Of a DNA stretch of 64,000 nt, positions 38,259 to 48,500 are shown one piece after another. The notes under the pieces were generated by a model, which had not been told where the DNA came from, ran no database searches, and saw only the letters and a list, made by a program, of their open reading frames with translations. The position numbers and the translations under genes are program-made. Location of the stretch: the NCBI GenBank assembly GCA_965215505.1, contig OZ244065.1:1344001-1408000 (forward strand). The letters are read 5' to 3'. Positions within the stretch are counted from its first letter, which is position 1; every line of letters begins with the position of its first letter. The DNA comes from Capsulimonadaceae bacterium. GTDB taxonomy: Bacteria; Armatimonadota; Armatimonadia; Armatimonadales; Capsulimonadaceae.

Positions 38259-38885
38259 ATGAACATCACCGTCTTACAGCACCCCCTGGCGCAGCATTAT
38301 CTGACGCACCTGCGGGACCGGACCACCAAGCCCTCCCTGTTCCGCCTGCTCACCAAGCGGCTCACGGTCCTGCTGGCGATCGAGGCGACCCAAAGCCTGC
38401 GCCTGCGGGCGCGCGCCATAGAGACACCGATGGAGGGCATGGACAGTCCCGTCCTGGAAGAGTCGCTCGTCGCCGTGCCCATTTTGCGGGCGGGGCTGGG
38501 GATGCTGGACCCGCTCGTCGAGTTCTTCCCGGACGTCGCGGTCGGCTACATCGGCCTGGAGCGTGACCATGCGACCGCCGTGGCCTCGTCCTACTATGCC
38601 AAGCTGCCGCCGCGCATGGACGGGCGGACGACCCTCATCCTCGACCCGATGCTGGCGACCGGCGGCTCGGCGGCCCAGGCCATCGCGACGGTCAAAGCGG
38701 CGGGCGCGGGGCCGGTGTCCATGCTCTGCCTCATCGCCGCGCCCGAGGGCGTCGAACACCTGAACGCCGCCCACCCGGACGTGCCGATCTTTACGGCGGG
38801 GCTGGACCGGGGGCTGAACGGCCTGAAATACATCCTGCCGGGGTTGGGGGATTTCGGGGACCGGCTGTATGGGACGGAGGGATGA
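38259..38885 (+). CDS. upp: uracil phosphoribosyltransferase
   Basis: PILRAGLGM, LDPMLATGGS, YILPGLGDFGDR. Confidence 0.96.
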   Translation: MNITVLQHPLAQHYLTHLRDRTTKPSLFRLLTKRLTVLLAIEATQSLRLRARAIETPMEGMDSPVLEESLVAVPILRAGLGMLDPLVEFFPDVAVGYIGLERDHATAVASSYYAKLPPRMDGRTTLILDPMLATGGSAAQAIATVKAAGAGPVSMLCLIAAPEGVEHLNAAHPDVPIFTAGLDRGLNGLKYILPGLGDFGDRLYGTEG

Positions 38886-38889
38886 ATCC

Positions 38890-39001
38890 GCCGGGGCTGT
38901 GGAAAGCCCCGGCAGGAAACGTCCTTCGGACTGGGAACTTCTGGCCTGCTCCCTCTTCGCCCGAAGGGCGGCTCACTGCCGGGGCTTTCCACAGCCCCGG
39001 C
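38890..39001. repeat. REPIN-like inverted doublet
   Basis: gccggggctgtggaaagccccggcag (38890-38915) and perfect reverse complement (38976-39001). Confidence 0.85.
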
Positions 39002-39004
39002 TTC

Positions 39005-40300
39005 CTATGGATAAATCCCCCGCGTCAGCGTCGCTTCGGCCACCCGCGCGACCCCAACGATGTAGGCCGCCGTCCGCAGGTCTACTCGGTGCTTCTCCCC
39101 CGCCGCCCAGACCTCGGCGAAGGCACGCCTCAGGATTCGGCCCAGCCTTTCGTTCACCTCGTCCTCGCTCCAAAAGAACGATTGGATGTCCTGCACCCAC
39201 TCGAAATACGAGACCGTAACGCCGCCCGCGTTGGCGAGTACATCGGGGATCAGCAGGATACCACGGTCGTGCAGGATGGCGTCGCCGCCCGGCGTCGTCG
39301 GGCCGTTCGCGCCCTCCACCACCATCTTCGCGCGGACGCGGGCGGCGTTCTCGCCGGTGATCTGCCCCTGCAAGGCGGCAGGAACGAGGACGTCGCAGGT
39401 CGTCTCCAGGATGTCGGCGTTGGTGATCGGCTCGGCGTCAGGGAACCCGGCGACGGACCCGGTGCGGGCGACATGGGCGACGAGTGTGGGGACGTTCAGC
39501 CCACGCGGGTTGGCGACGCCGCCCCCGACGTCGGACACGGCGACGACGTTCGCCCCGCGCCGCGCGAACAGGCGGGCGGCGGCCCCGCCGACGTTGCCGA
39601 AGCCCTGGATGGCGACCGAAGCGCCGTTGAGGGCGCGGCCCTGCTTCTGGAAGGCCTCTTCCGTCACCAGGACCACGCCCAGGCCGGTGGCGTCCAATCG
39701 GCCCTCGGAGCCGCCGATGGAGACGGGCTTGCCGGTGACGACGGCGGGGACGGTGTGGCCGACGTGCATGGAATAGGTGTCCATCAGCCAGGCCATGATC
39801 TGCCCGTTCGTGCCGACGTCCGGGGCGGGGATGTCGCTGTTCGGGCCGATGATCAGGCTGATCTCGGTGGTGTAGCGCCGGGTCAGGTCTTCAAGTTCGG
39901 CCCGCGTCAGTGCCTTCGGGTCGCAGACGACGCCGCCCTTGGCCCCGCCGAAGGGGATGTTGACGACGGCGCACTTCCAGGTCATCCACATCGCCAGGGC
40001 GCGCACCTCGTCAATGTCCGTCTCCGGGTGGAAGCGCAGGCCGCCCTTGCACGGCCCCCGGCTCGTGTTGTGCTGGACGCGGTAGCCCGTGAACATCTGC
40101 GTCCCGCCGCGCTCCATGTTGACCGGGAAGTGGACGGTCAGCTCGCGCTTGGGCTTCTGCAAGATGCCGTGGAGGCCGTCATCCAGGCCGAGGATGCCCG
40201 CCACGCGGGCGAGCTGGCTCAGGGCGATCTTGTAGGGGTTCATCTCTTCCCCCGTCGTCAGTGACGGGGGATTCATCGGTTCCTTGCTCGGTTCATTCAT
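39005..40300 (-). CDS. gdhA: glutamate dehydrogenase (Glu/Leu/Phe/Val DH)
   Basis: KGGLRFHP, FGGAKGG, DIPAPDVGT, QGFGNVG, EGANGPTT; start may be 40270 or 40243. Confidence 0.93.
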   Translation of the reverse strand: MNEPSKEPMNPPSLTTGEEMNPYKIALSQLARVAGILGLDDGLHGILQKPKRELTVHFPVNMERGGTQMFTGYRVQHNTSRGPCKGGLRFHPETDIDEVRALAMWMTWKCAVVNIPFGGAKGGVVCDPKALTRAELEDLTRRYTTEISLIIGPNSDIPAPDVGTNGQIMAWLMDTYSMHVGHTVPAVVTGKPVSIGGSEGRLDATGLGVVLVTEEAFQKQGRALNGASVAIQGFGNVGGAAARLFARRGANVVAVSDVGGGVANPRGLNVPTLVAHVARTGSVAGFPDAEPITNADILETTCDVLVPAALQGQITGENAARVRAKMVVEGANGPTTPGGDAILHDRGILLIPDVLANAGGVTVSYFEWVQDIQSFFWSEDEVNERLGRILRRAFAEVWAAGEKHRVDLRTAAYIVGVARVAEATLTRGIYP

Positions 40301-40363
40301 CAGTCGCGCTCCTTTGCGGTCGTGGTTTGATTAAGGATACCAGGCATGGACGGAAAAAGTGCC
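40207..40363. repeat. direct repeat copy 1 (gdhA 5' end and upstream)
   Basis: Near-identical to 42064-42219. Confidence 0.9.
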
Positions 40364-40784
40364 AGGGCTTCATTGCGAGTATCCTCACGCCTTTCTTGAC
40401 AAGCCGTACCCGGTGTGTTCTGTTGGGCGCGGAAGTTGGCAATGACCGGCTCAGGAAGTTTCACTTCGCATCAGTTTTAATGCACCTCGTGTCCGCGATG
40501 TTCGACCGATCTACTCTAAGAAAAGCTTCCTTTCAGTTCTAAGGTGTTTAACGGGCTGTAGCACAACCGGCGAGGATATCGCGAGAATAGGGCGATGTTT
40601 CCGGTATGATCAGGAAACGGAACATCTCCGCCCGGCACCTCCGCCCAGCGTTATCACAGAAGCGCAGCTCATGGCGACCGGCTTCTCCTGCTTCCTCAAA
40701 GGCACAGCGCAAAGCCACCATCCAATGCCGGACGCCTCCGATGCCCTGGGCGCGGGCCGGAAGTAAGGGCGTCGGCGCTTCTCC

Positions 40785-41867
40785 ATGAAAGGCCACCCGA
40801 TGTCCATTCCGACGGAGCCGATCGGCAGCATTCCTCGACCGCCGGCGCTGATGAAGGCCGTGCTGGCGTTTGCCGCCGGCCAGACCACGCGCGAGCAGTT
40901 GGACGCGCAGTATCACGCGGCCATCCGCGAGACTATTCAGCTCTTCGAGGCGACGGATTCGCCCGTCATCACGGATGGGGAACAGACAAAATCCAGCTTT
41001 GTGACCTACCCGATTGACGGCCTCCCCGGCCTTGCCTCGGACGGCGTCGTCATTCCCTTCGCCGATGGCCATGTGCGCCGCCTCCCGCGTCTGACGCGGC
41101 CCGCGTTCCGCTATCAAGTCTACGCCGACACGTTCCTGAAGGCAGCCCAGGAACACGCACATGTCCCCGTCAAGCAGGCCGTCATCTCTGCCTCGGCGCT
41201 CAGCCTCCTCTATCCACAAGACGGGATTGACGGCTATCCCCGCGAAGCGTTTTTGGAGGACCTCCTTCGGGAGAACGAGGCCGACATCCGGCGCTGCCTG
41301 ACGGGCGGCGCGTATCGGGTGCAGATAGATTTCACCGAAGGCCGGCTGGCGGTCAAGCTCGACCCCAGCCGCCAGCTACTCAAGAGCTTCGTGGCCCTCA
41401 ATAATCAGGTACTCGCACGGTTCTCCGACGGGGAGCGCGCCCGCATCGGCATCCATACCTGTCCCGGCGGCGACCACGACTCCACCCACAGCGCGGATGT
41501 AGACTATGCCGACTTGCTGCCCAGCCTCTTCGAACTTCAAGTCGGCAGTTTCTACATCCAGCTTGCCAGCGAACCTGACCGGGGGAGGGTCTTGGAAATC
41601 ATTCGGACCTCGCTGCGCCCCGACCAGAGGGTCTTCGTCGGTGTCATTGATCCGATCAACGCGGAGATCGAGACGCCCGTGCAGGTGAAAGGCCGCGTTC
41701 TGGAGGCCGCACGGTATATTCCGCTGGATCGCCTCGGAACGACCGATGACTGCGGGTTTTCTCCCTTCGGCGATGATGCCTCGACCGCCCGCGACACCGC
41801 ATTCGCCAAAATCCGCGCCCGCGTCGCCGGCACCGCGCTCGCCGCCCAGGCGCTTGGGGTCGCCTAG
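40785..41867 (+). CDS. cobalamin-independent methionine synthase II family protein
   Basis: IGSIPRP, TDGEQ, IHTCPG and DDCGFSPF zinc ligands; single barrel; start may be 40800. Confidence 0.88.
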   Translation: MKGHPMSIPTEPIGSIPRPPALMKAVLAFAAGQTTREQLDAQYHAAIRETIQLFEATDSPVITDGEQTKSSFVTYPIDGLPGLASDGVVIPFADGHVRRLPRLTRPAFRYQVYADTFLKAAQEHAHVPVKQAVISASALSLLYPQDGIDGYPREAFLEDLLRENEADIRRCLTGGAYRVQIDFTEGRLAVKLDPSRQLLKSFVALNNQVLARFSDGERARIGIHTCPGGDHDSTHSADVDYADLLPSLFELQVGSFYIQLASEPDRGRVLEIIRTSLRPDQRVFVGVIDPINAEIETPVQVKGRVLEAARYIPLDRLGTTDDCGFSPFGDDASTARDTAFAKIRARVAGTALAAQALGVA

Positions 41868-42063
41868 ATCTTGAGTCGCCCAGAGTTCGACGATGTGCCC
41901 TTCCTTTCCCTTGCGGCCCTCTTGCGGCTGGAAACCGTCAGTGCGCTTGGCACGTTCGCCGCTTCAATCGCGCTATCAATTTCCTGCGGCGATCGTCGGA
42001 CAAACAACAGGAGGCCGCCGCACCGGGCGACACGGCGGCCTCTTTTTGTGTGCCGCAGCCATG

Positions 42064-42219
42064 GGGCGAGCTGGCTCAGGGCGATCTTGTGAGGGTTCAT
42101 CTCTTCCGCCGTCGTCAGTGACGAGGGATTCGTCGGTTCCTTGCTCGGTTCATTCATCAGTCGCGCTCCCTTGCGGTCGTGGTTTAGTTAAGGATGCCAG
42201 GAAGGAGGGAAAAAGTGCC
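42064..42219 (-). pseudogene. direct repeat copy 2: truncated gdhA 5' end
   Basis: Encodes MNEPSKEPTNPSSLTTAEEMNPHKIALSQLA then diverges from gdhA. Confidence 0.88.
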
Positions 42220-42345
42220 GCGACGTCAAACGGGGTAATTTTCAGGATCGCTTGACAAATATGGGGGATAATGCAACGATGAGCGAGCAAGTTGGCGTTG
42301 ATGACCAGGCCATTCCAGTTGTGCGCCCTTCCGAGGAGGTTTCTC

Positions 42346-43305
42346 ATGCAAACAAGCTCATCACAACACTTTTCCGCTGCCACTTCTTTGCTCTTCTGCA
42401 CCCTGCTCTTTCTGCCTGCATCTTCCATCAGGGCAGACCAGGCACCGATGCTGGTGGAGGCGAGGCTTGCGACTCCGGCAACGATCAGCCTGGGGGAGCC
42501 TATCATGCTCCGCTACAAGCTGTCCAACCTGTCCAGTGATGAACAGCTCGTCGTCCTGAGTGGGATCTACAACACGGCTTGGTACACGCTGGGCTTGAAA
42601 GATCAGACGGGAAGCTCCGTCCGGCTGATCCCGGACACGCGCCCGCTCAACCCTCCTGGGGCTCATTCGGGCGACGTAAGCAGCTATGCTATCAGCAACC
42701 AGAGAGACGGCTGGCAGATTAACTACATCGTCGCAACCAAATCCTTTACTGTACCGCATCCGGGCAAGTACGTCCTCACTATGCATGTGCGAGCGCCTTA
42801 CACTCTGGTTACACCAACACTTGAGAACCCGAACCAGATGAAAAGCCTGATGACCTCAGCCGGTACGGTTCTCACTCAAGACTTCATCTTCCCGCTGACG
42901 GTAACGGCTGCGGATCCTGTCGTGCTTCAGGCAAAGGCGAAAGCGCTCGAAGAGGCGATCAGCAAGGAACTAAACAGCACCATACTGCTGCCGGAAATGG
43001 ACGAACTGTTCTCCATGCCGGAAGCGCAGGCCGGTCCCATTTGGGAAGAAATGGCGGTTCGTGCGAAGCCGATGTACAGGGATTTGATCGCAGGCAAGGT
43101 GGCGGGTCTACACTCCAATATGGCGGCAGACATCCTGTTCAAGATGATGAACAACCCCGCCACCAACAGCGGCTTCGTCAGCACGAAGCTCTCCGAAATC
43201 TACAATGCGGGTGATCCTGGTTTGAGGGAACACATCAAATCAGCGGCGGCACAGCGGGGGATACAACTTCCCGACAAGATCAGTCTGCCGACGGTCATAG
43301 ATTGA
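42346..43305 (+). CDS. secreted hypothetical protein, lower GC
   Basis: GAGGAGG RBS, signal peptide, beta-rich N-half and helical C-half. Confidence 0.7.
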   Translation: MQTSSSQHFSAATSLLFCTLLFLPASSIRADQAPMLVEARLATPATISLGEPIMLRYKLSNLSSDEQLVVLSGIYNTAWYTLGLKDQTGSSVRLIPDTRPLNPPGAHSGDVSSYAISNQRDGWQINYIVATKSFTVPHPGKYVLTMHVRAPYTLVTPTLENPNQMKSLMTSAGTVLTQDFIFPLTVTAADPVVLQAKAKALEEAISKELNSTILLPEMDELFSMPEAQAGPIWEEMAVRAKPMYRDLIAGKVAGLHSNMAADILFKMMNNPATNSGFVSTKLSEIYNAGDPGLREHIKSAAAQRGIQLPDKISLPTVID

Positions 43306-43318
43306 AGATGGGATGCAG

Positions 43319-43351
43319 AAAAGCCCGGCCTTTCACGAGGCCGGGCTTTTT
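43319..43351. terminator. bidirectional-type terminator
   Basis: aaaagcccggcct-ttcacg-aggccgggcttttt. Confidence 0.8.
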
Positions 43352-43370
43352 CACGTCCCAACACCTTCGC

Positions 43371-43399
43371 TTGACGGCCCGCCCGCCCTGTGTTATGAT
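43371..43399 (+). promoter_or_regulatory. sigma70 promoter, probably leaderless transcript
   Basis: TTGACG-17 bp-TATGAT with TG extension; ATG 6 nt downstream; no SD. Confidence 0.75.
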
Positions 43400-43405
43400 A
43401 CGCGC

Positions 43406-46400
43406 ATGGCAAACAAGCAATCGCCGTTCATCGCTCTCGCCGCGCTGGCCCTGTGCCTGCTGGCCGCCCCGCGCGGGTCTGTGGCGGCAGACAGTGGGCC
43501 GGGGCAGAGGCCGTACCTGGGGTGGAGCAGTTGGAGCCTGGAGGCGACGAAGGCACCGGGCTATGGCGGCATGGACTGGCTGACGGCGGAACATGTCGAG
43601 GCGCAGTCGGACGCCCTGCACCGCACCTTGCAGGCGCACGGGTACACCTACGTCAACATGGACTCGGGCTGGAAGGGCGGCTACGACGGGTACGGGCGGC
43701 CCCTGCCGGATGCGAAGAAGTTCCCGGAGGGCGTCATCGGGGTGGCGCGGCACGTCCACGGGAACGGGCAGAAGCTGGGCCTCTACTGGGTGCCGGGCGT
43801 CATGGAAGATGTGTACAAGGCCAACCCGCCCGTTTTGGGGTCCAACCAGCACATCCAGGACATCGTGGTCAAACCGCTCCAGCCCGCCACCGGCTGGGGG
43901 TTCGGCTACAAGATAGACTACGCCAAGCCGGGCGCGCAGGCCTACGTCAACTCCATCGCCGACCAGTTCGCGGCCTGGGGGGTGGACTTCCTGAAGCTCG
44001 ACGGCGTGACGCCAGGCTCGGACCATGACGGCCTGACCATGGACGCCCGGCCCGACGTGGCGGCGTGGTCAGCGGCTCTGAAGCAGTCCGGGCGGCCGGT
44101 CTGGCTGGAGCTTTCGTGGAAGCTGGACCGGACCTACAGCGACACCTGGAAACAGTACGCCCAGGGCCGGCGGATCACGACCGACGTCGAGACCTACGGG
44201 CCGACCCTGACCGGCTGGGGGTCCATCCCGCGCGCCTTCGACGCCGCCGGTGCCTGGTCGGGCGAGGCCGGGGCGGGCCGGGGCTGGAACGACCTGGACT
44301 CGCTGGACATCGGCAGCGGAGCGATGGACGGGCTGACTCTGGACGAGCGGCAGACGGTGATGACGCTGTGGGCGATCTCGTGCAGCCCGCTCTACACGGG
44401 CGACGATCTCCTCAAGCTGGACCCGGAAGGCCTGGCATTACTGACCAACGACGAGGTCATCGCCGTGGACCAGGCGGGACGGCCCGCCGCGCCTGCGGCG
44501 GGCAGCCCGGACGTCTGGGTCAGCACGGGCGCGGACGGCGGCAAGACGGTCGCGCTGTTCAACCGGGGCGACGCGGCGCGGGAGGTGACTCTGCATCGGG
44601 CCGACCTGGGGCTTGCCGGCACGCCCGACGTGCATGACCTGTGGAAGCACACGAATTTAGGGGCCTTCACCGGCAGCCTCAGCGTCACCCTCGCCCCCCA
44701 CGCCTCGCGCCTGTTCCGGCTGGCCGCCGACGCCCGCCCGGCCCAACCGGCGGCCATCGTAGACCCCTCCATCCAGTACCAGGTCTGGGAGGGCTGGGGT
44801 ACATCACTGGCCTGGTGGGCTAAGGTGGCCGGCGGCTACGCGGAGCCGGCCCGGAGCGACTACATCGAGAAGGCTTTTGATCCAGTCAAGGGGCTGGGGC
44901 TGAACATCGTCCGCTACAACATCGGCGGCGGCGAGAACCCCGCGCACCTGGCCCCGAACAAGCAGGGCCTTTCCTTCCGCACCGCCGTGCCGGGCTTCGA
45001 GCCGTCGCCGGGCGTATACGACTGGACGGCGGACGCCAACCAGCGCTGGGTGCTGCAAGCGGCAATTAAGAAGGGCGCGAACCAGCTGGAGGCCTTTTCG
45101 AACTCGCCGCCCTGGTGGATGACCAAGAGCGGCAGCGTCACGGGGAACCTTAATGCCGCCGATAACATCAAGCCCGAGTTCTATGACGCCTTCGCGGACT
45201 ATCTCACGGAGGTGACGAAGCACTTCCGGGACGTCTGGGGCGTCACCTTCCGCACCCTGGAGCCGGTGAACGAGCCGAGCGGCGGCTGGTCGTTTCTGGG
45301 GAGGCAGGAGGGCGCGCATGTGGACCGGCCCGCCCAGAACCTGATCGTCAAGGCCACCGAGGCGGCGCTTACGCGCAAGGGCCTCAAAACCACGGCGACG
45401 GCTTCGGACGATCAGAGCATCGGCGATGCCGACAAGACCTTCCCCTTCTACGACGTGGACACACTGCGCGGCCTGACCAAGATCAACGTCCACTCCTACG
45501 GCGGGGGCGACCGGACGCAGCTCTCGAATTATGCGGTCTCGCATGGCAAGGACCTGTGGCTGTCCGAGGACGGCGACGCGGACCCCACCGGCCTCGCCAT
45601 GTCCCGGAACATCACTGAGGACATGAACGGCCTGCGGCCCTCCGCCTGGGTCACCTGGCAGGTCGTAGACAGCTCGGTCGGCTGGGGCTTTTTTCGGAAC
45701 CCGCAGGACGCAGAAACCGACCCGGCCTACACGATCAATAAGAAGTACTATGTCATGGCCCAGTACAGCCGCTTCCTGCGGCCCGGCTACCGGATCATCG
45801 CCCTCAGCGACCCGAACTCCGTGGCCGCCTGGGACGCCAAGACGGGCACGGTCGTTGTCGTGACCCGGAACGGCGGGGACACGGACACGCCCGTCAGCTA
45901 CGACCTGTCCCGGTTCACCAAGCTTGACACGTCGGTGACGATCTATCGCACCTCACCGACGGAAGATTTGGTGAAGCTGCCGCCGACCTCCCTGACGGGC
46001 ACGCGGCTGGCGACCACCCTGTCGGCCAAGTCGGTCACGACGTTCGTCTTCACGGGCGCGGTCTACGCGGGTGCCTTGGGCTTCTCCTTCCGCGACTATT
46101 ACGCCCTGGTCAACCGCGCGAGCGGCTTGGCCCTGGACGCGGCGACGCCGGGAAGCGCCGCCGTCACCGTCTCGGCCCGCGCAGCGGGGGCGACTCAGCA
46201 GTGGAGTCTACGGGGCGTGGGGGGCGGGGATTACAAGGTCATCAACCGCGACAGCGGCCTGGCCCTGGATGTGAGCCAGGCTTCCACCCTGCCCGACACC
46301 GCCGTAGATCAGTATTCGGACAACGGGGGCGGCAACCAGTTATGGCGGCTGACGCCGGTGGCGGGCGGCGCGTACAAGCTGGTCAACCGCAACAGCAACC

Positions 46401-46507
46401 TGGTCCTGGGGGTGAGCGCGGCGGGGGCGGGCCTGACGCAGCAACGGGACGACGGCGGTGCGGGCCAGCAGTGGCGGCTGGTCCCGGCGGCGAAGGCGGG
46501 GCGGTAG
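43406..46507 (+). CDS. secreted GH27-GH30-ricin B (CBM13) multidomain glycosidase
   Basis: PYLGWSSW, DFLKLD, WNDLDSL; WEGWGTSLAWWA, RYNIGGG, VNEP, WLSE; QQW/QLW repeats. Confidence 0.88.
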   Translation: MANKQSPFIALAALALCLLAAPRGSVAADSGPGQRPYLGWSSWSLEATKAPGYGGMDWLTAEHVEAQSDALHRTLQAHGYTYVNMDSGWKGGYDGYGRPLPDAKKFPEGVIGVARHVHGNGQKLGLYWVPGVMEDVYKANPPVLGSNQHIQDIVVKPLQPATGWGFGYKIDYAKPGAQAYVNSIADQFAAWGVDFLKLDGVTPGSDHDGLTMDARPDVAAWSAALKQSGRPVWLELSWKLDRTYSDTWKQYAQGRRITTDVETYGPTLTGWGSIPRAFDAAGAWSGEAGAGRGWNDLDSLDIGSGAMDGLTLDERQTVMTLWAISCSPLYTGDDLLKLDPEGLALLTNDEVIAVDQAGRPAAPAAGSPDVWVSTGADGGKTVALFNRGDAAREVTLHRADLGLAGTPDVHDLWKHTNLGAFTGSLSVTLAPHASRLFRLAADARPAQPAAIVDPSIQYQVWEGWGTSLAWWAKVAGGYAEPARSDYIEKAFDPVKGLGLNIVRYNIGGGENPAHLAPNKQGLSFRTAVPGFEPSPGVYDWTADANQRWVLQAAIKKGANQLEAFSNSPPWWMTKSGSVTGNLNAADNIKPEFYDAFADYLTEVTKHFRDVWGVTFRTLEPVNEPSGGWSFLGRQEGAHVDRPAQNLIVKATEAALTRKGLKTTATASDDQSIGDADKTFPFYDVDTLRGLTKINVHSYGGGDRTQLSNYAVSHGKDLWLSEDGDADPTGLAMSRNITEDMNGLRPSAWVTWQVVDSSVGWGFFRNPQDAETDPAYTINKKYYVMAQYSRFLRPGYRIIALSDPNSVAAWDAKTGTVVVVTRNGGDTDTPVSYDLSRFTKLDTSVTIYRTSPTEDLVKLPPTSLTGTRLATTLSAKSVTTFVFTGAVYAGALGFSFRDYYALVNRASGLALDAATPGSAAVTVSARAAGATQQWSLRGVGGGDYKVINRDSGLALDVSQASTLPDTAVDQYSDNGGGNQLWRLTPVAGGAYKLVNRNSNLVLGVSAAGAGLTQQRDDGGAGQQWRLVPAAKAGR

Positions 46508-46548
46508 GTATTGCCGTGCAGGGGTGAGGGGTCCCATCCCGGCGCGCA

Positions 46549-46627
46549 GGACCCGGCCCTTCAGGGCCGGGACGCCATGCCCTTCCTTCCGCCATGTCCT
46601 TCCTTCCGCCATGTCCGCCATTCCGCC
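46549..46627. repeat. hairpin plus 17-bp tandem repeat
   Basis: acccggccct-tc-agggccggg then cgccatgYccttccttc x2.5. Confidence 0.6.
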
Positions 46628-47304
46628 TACCTCGCCCGCGACCGCAGCAGCCCCGCGCGGCGGCGGAAGGGGCGTCGCCACGCTTCGGCCAGCAGGGGCA
46701 GGCGGCTCAGTTCGGCGGCGAGGTCTGCGTCGGCCTTGTCCACATACATCGCGCGGTTGACGCGCGCCACCGGCCACTCGGGCAGCGGGCGCTCGGTCCG
46801 CGTCAGGGTGTCCCCTGCCCCGACCTCGCCCGGCTCCAGGACGCGCAGATAGTAGCCCGTTCGTCCGCTCCCCGAAACTTCCAGCGGGAGGGCGGGGCGC
46901 TCCCAGCGGCGTCCCAATTTCCAGCAGGGCATTCGGGGCTGGCTGACCTGTACGCGGGCCGTGCCGACCGTGTAGGTGTCGCCGATGCAGACCTCGTCCT
47001 CGGTCATGCCCGCCACTGTCCAGTTCTCGCCGAACGCGCCGTAGGGAAACTCGGCCTCGGATCTGTCCAGGGCGGTCCGCCAGTAGGGGTAGTGTTCGGC
47101 GGCGTAGCAGCAGACGGCCTTGTCCGGCCCGCCGTGGTTTTTCAGGTCGGCCTGTGTGTCCCCGTCCAGGTTGGTCCGGCCCAGGGCCAGCCGCCCTGAG
47201 GTGGGCGACTTCCAGATGCCGCTGACCCAGGCGGCCTCCTGGCCGTCCTTGACCTCGGACGTGTGTTCGGAAGGCCGGCCGACTTGAAGGGAGAGGACTC
47301 TCAT
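46627..47304 (-). CDS. MOSC domain protein (YiiM-like)
   Basis: GDTQADLKNHGGPDKAV, FGEN, SQPRMPCWK, TGYYLRVL. Confidence 0.92.
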   Translation of the reverse strand: MRVLSLQVGRPSEHTSEVKDGQEAAWVSGIWKSPTSGRLALGRTNLDGDTQADLKNHGGPDKAVCCYAAEHYPYWRTALDRSEAEFPYGAFGENWTVAGMTEDEVCIGDTYTVGTARVQVSQPRMPCWKLGRRWERPALPLEVSGSGRTGYYLRVLEPGEVGAGDTLTRTERPLPEWPVARVNRAMYVDKADADLAAELSRLPLLAEAWRRPFRRRAGLLRSRAR

Positions 47305-47891
47305 GGGGTAAACCTCGACAGGCATTCTTCCACGGCGGCGCAGAGCAGTGGCGTCAGCCGGGGAAAGTCGGCGTCCCCGCGCAGGATGAGGTCGGCGGAG
47401 GCGCGGGAAGGTTCGACGTAGCGCGCGTGGCCGACGCGGGCGCTTTCCAGGTAGTAGCGGGTGATGAACTGCGGGTCGCGGCTGGCCCTGCCCCCCGCCA
47501 TGTCACGCAGGAGGCGGCGCAGGGCGCGCACGTCCGCATCGAGGTCAACGTACAGGCGCAGGGCGAGCCGACGCCCGATCTCGGGGAAGTGCAGCGCCAT
47601 CAGGCCTTCCACCAGCAGCACGTCGGGGGCGTCCGGGGCGGACGCGCGGCGGTCAAGATCACCCAGGAGACGCCCCAGATCGCAGGCGTCCGGGTGGTTG
47701 AAGTCGAAGCAGCGTTCGCCGGTCGAGGCGGAGACGAAGTGCGGCCCGGCATCGCGGTCTTCACGGACATACCGGTCCAGCGACAGCGTCTCCACCTGTC
47801 GCAGCCGCTCCGTAAGTGCCTCGGCAAGCGCGGCGGCCAGCGTACTCTTCCCCGAGGCCGAACCGCCCCCGATGCCGACGATGACCGTCAT
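47301..47891 (-). CDS. uridine kinase-like P-loop kinase
   Basis: GIGGGSASGKST, FNHPDA, RALRRLLRD, YVEPSR. Confidence 0.8.
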   Translation of the reverse strand: MTVIVGIGGGSASGKSTLAAALAEALTERLRQVETLSLDRYVREDRDAGPHFVSASTGERCFDFNHPDACDLGRLLGDLDRRASAPDAPDVLLVEGLMALHFPEIGRRLALRLYVDLDADVRALRRLLRDMAGGRASRDPQFITRYYLESARVGHARYVEPSRASADLILRGDADFPRLTPLLCAAVEECLSRFTP

Positions 47892-48490
47892 GGCTGCCCG
47901 GCGACCCGTGGAGGCAATAGGAGAGGCAACAGGTCGGTGACGGAAACCAAACGGTCTGGGGCAAGCAGCGGGGCGATGGACTCGCCTTCCAAAAGGACGC
48001 GCCGGAGTTTATAGCCGTGTCCGCTCGGGAGGGAGCCGGGGTCGCGGTGTACTTCGAGCTGCCGGCTAATGATGTTGATGATCCAGTAGTCAGGAATACC
48101 GGCCTGCGCGTAGTCTTCCGCCTTTCGGCCTCGGTCCTTGGCGAGCGTCGCGTCGGAAACCTCCACGAGCAGGCGCACCTCCGAGGGAGCGGGGTGATGG
48201 TCCTCGTAGTCCGAGTGGGAGCCGGCGGCGACCGCGATGTCCGGCTCCGGCTCGGTGTCGCTGCCGAGGGTGAGCGGCCCCCGGCGGCGGACGACGGAGC
48301 CGATGCCGAAGGCGGCTTGGAGGGCATCGGCGGCAGCCTCAGCCGCCGAGGAGTGGGACGGGGTCTGCGGCGGCAGCGCCCATATCTCGCCGTCCAGCAG
48401 CTCGACGCGCTCATCTTCAAAGAAGCCCATGTCGCCCATGCGGTAGTATTCAGCGCGCGTCCAGCGGCGGGGGCGCTCCATCACCGTCAT
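47888..48490 (-). CDS. Uma2 family endonuclease
   Basis: RVELLDGEI, EPEPDIAV, LLVEVSD, YAQAGIPDYWI. Confidence 0.92.
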   Translation of the reverse strand: MTVMERPRRWTRAEYYRMGDMGFFEDERVELLDGEIWALPPQTPSHSSAAEAAADALQAAFGIGSVVRRRGPLTLGSDTEPEPDIAVAAGSHSDYEDHHPAPSEVRLLVEVSDATLAKDRGRKAEDYAQAGIPDYWIINIISRQLEVHRDPGSLPSGHGYKLRRVLLEGESIAPLLAPDRLVSVTDLLPLLLPPRVAGQP

Positions 48491-48500
48491 TGCGCCCTCC

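Noticed and set aside
40590-40780. Riboswitch upstream of the MetE-like gene (hairpin at ~40590-40634, GCAAAGCC)
   Set aside because: No SAM, cobalamin or c-di-GMP consensus recognisable; needs an Rfam scan
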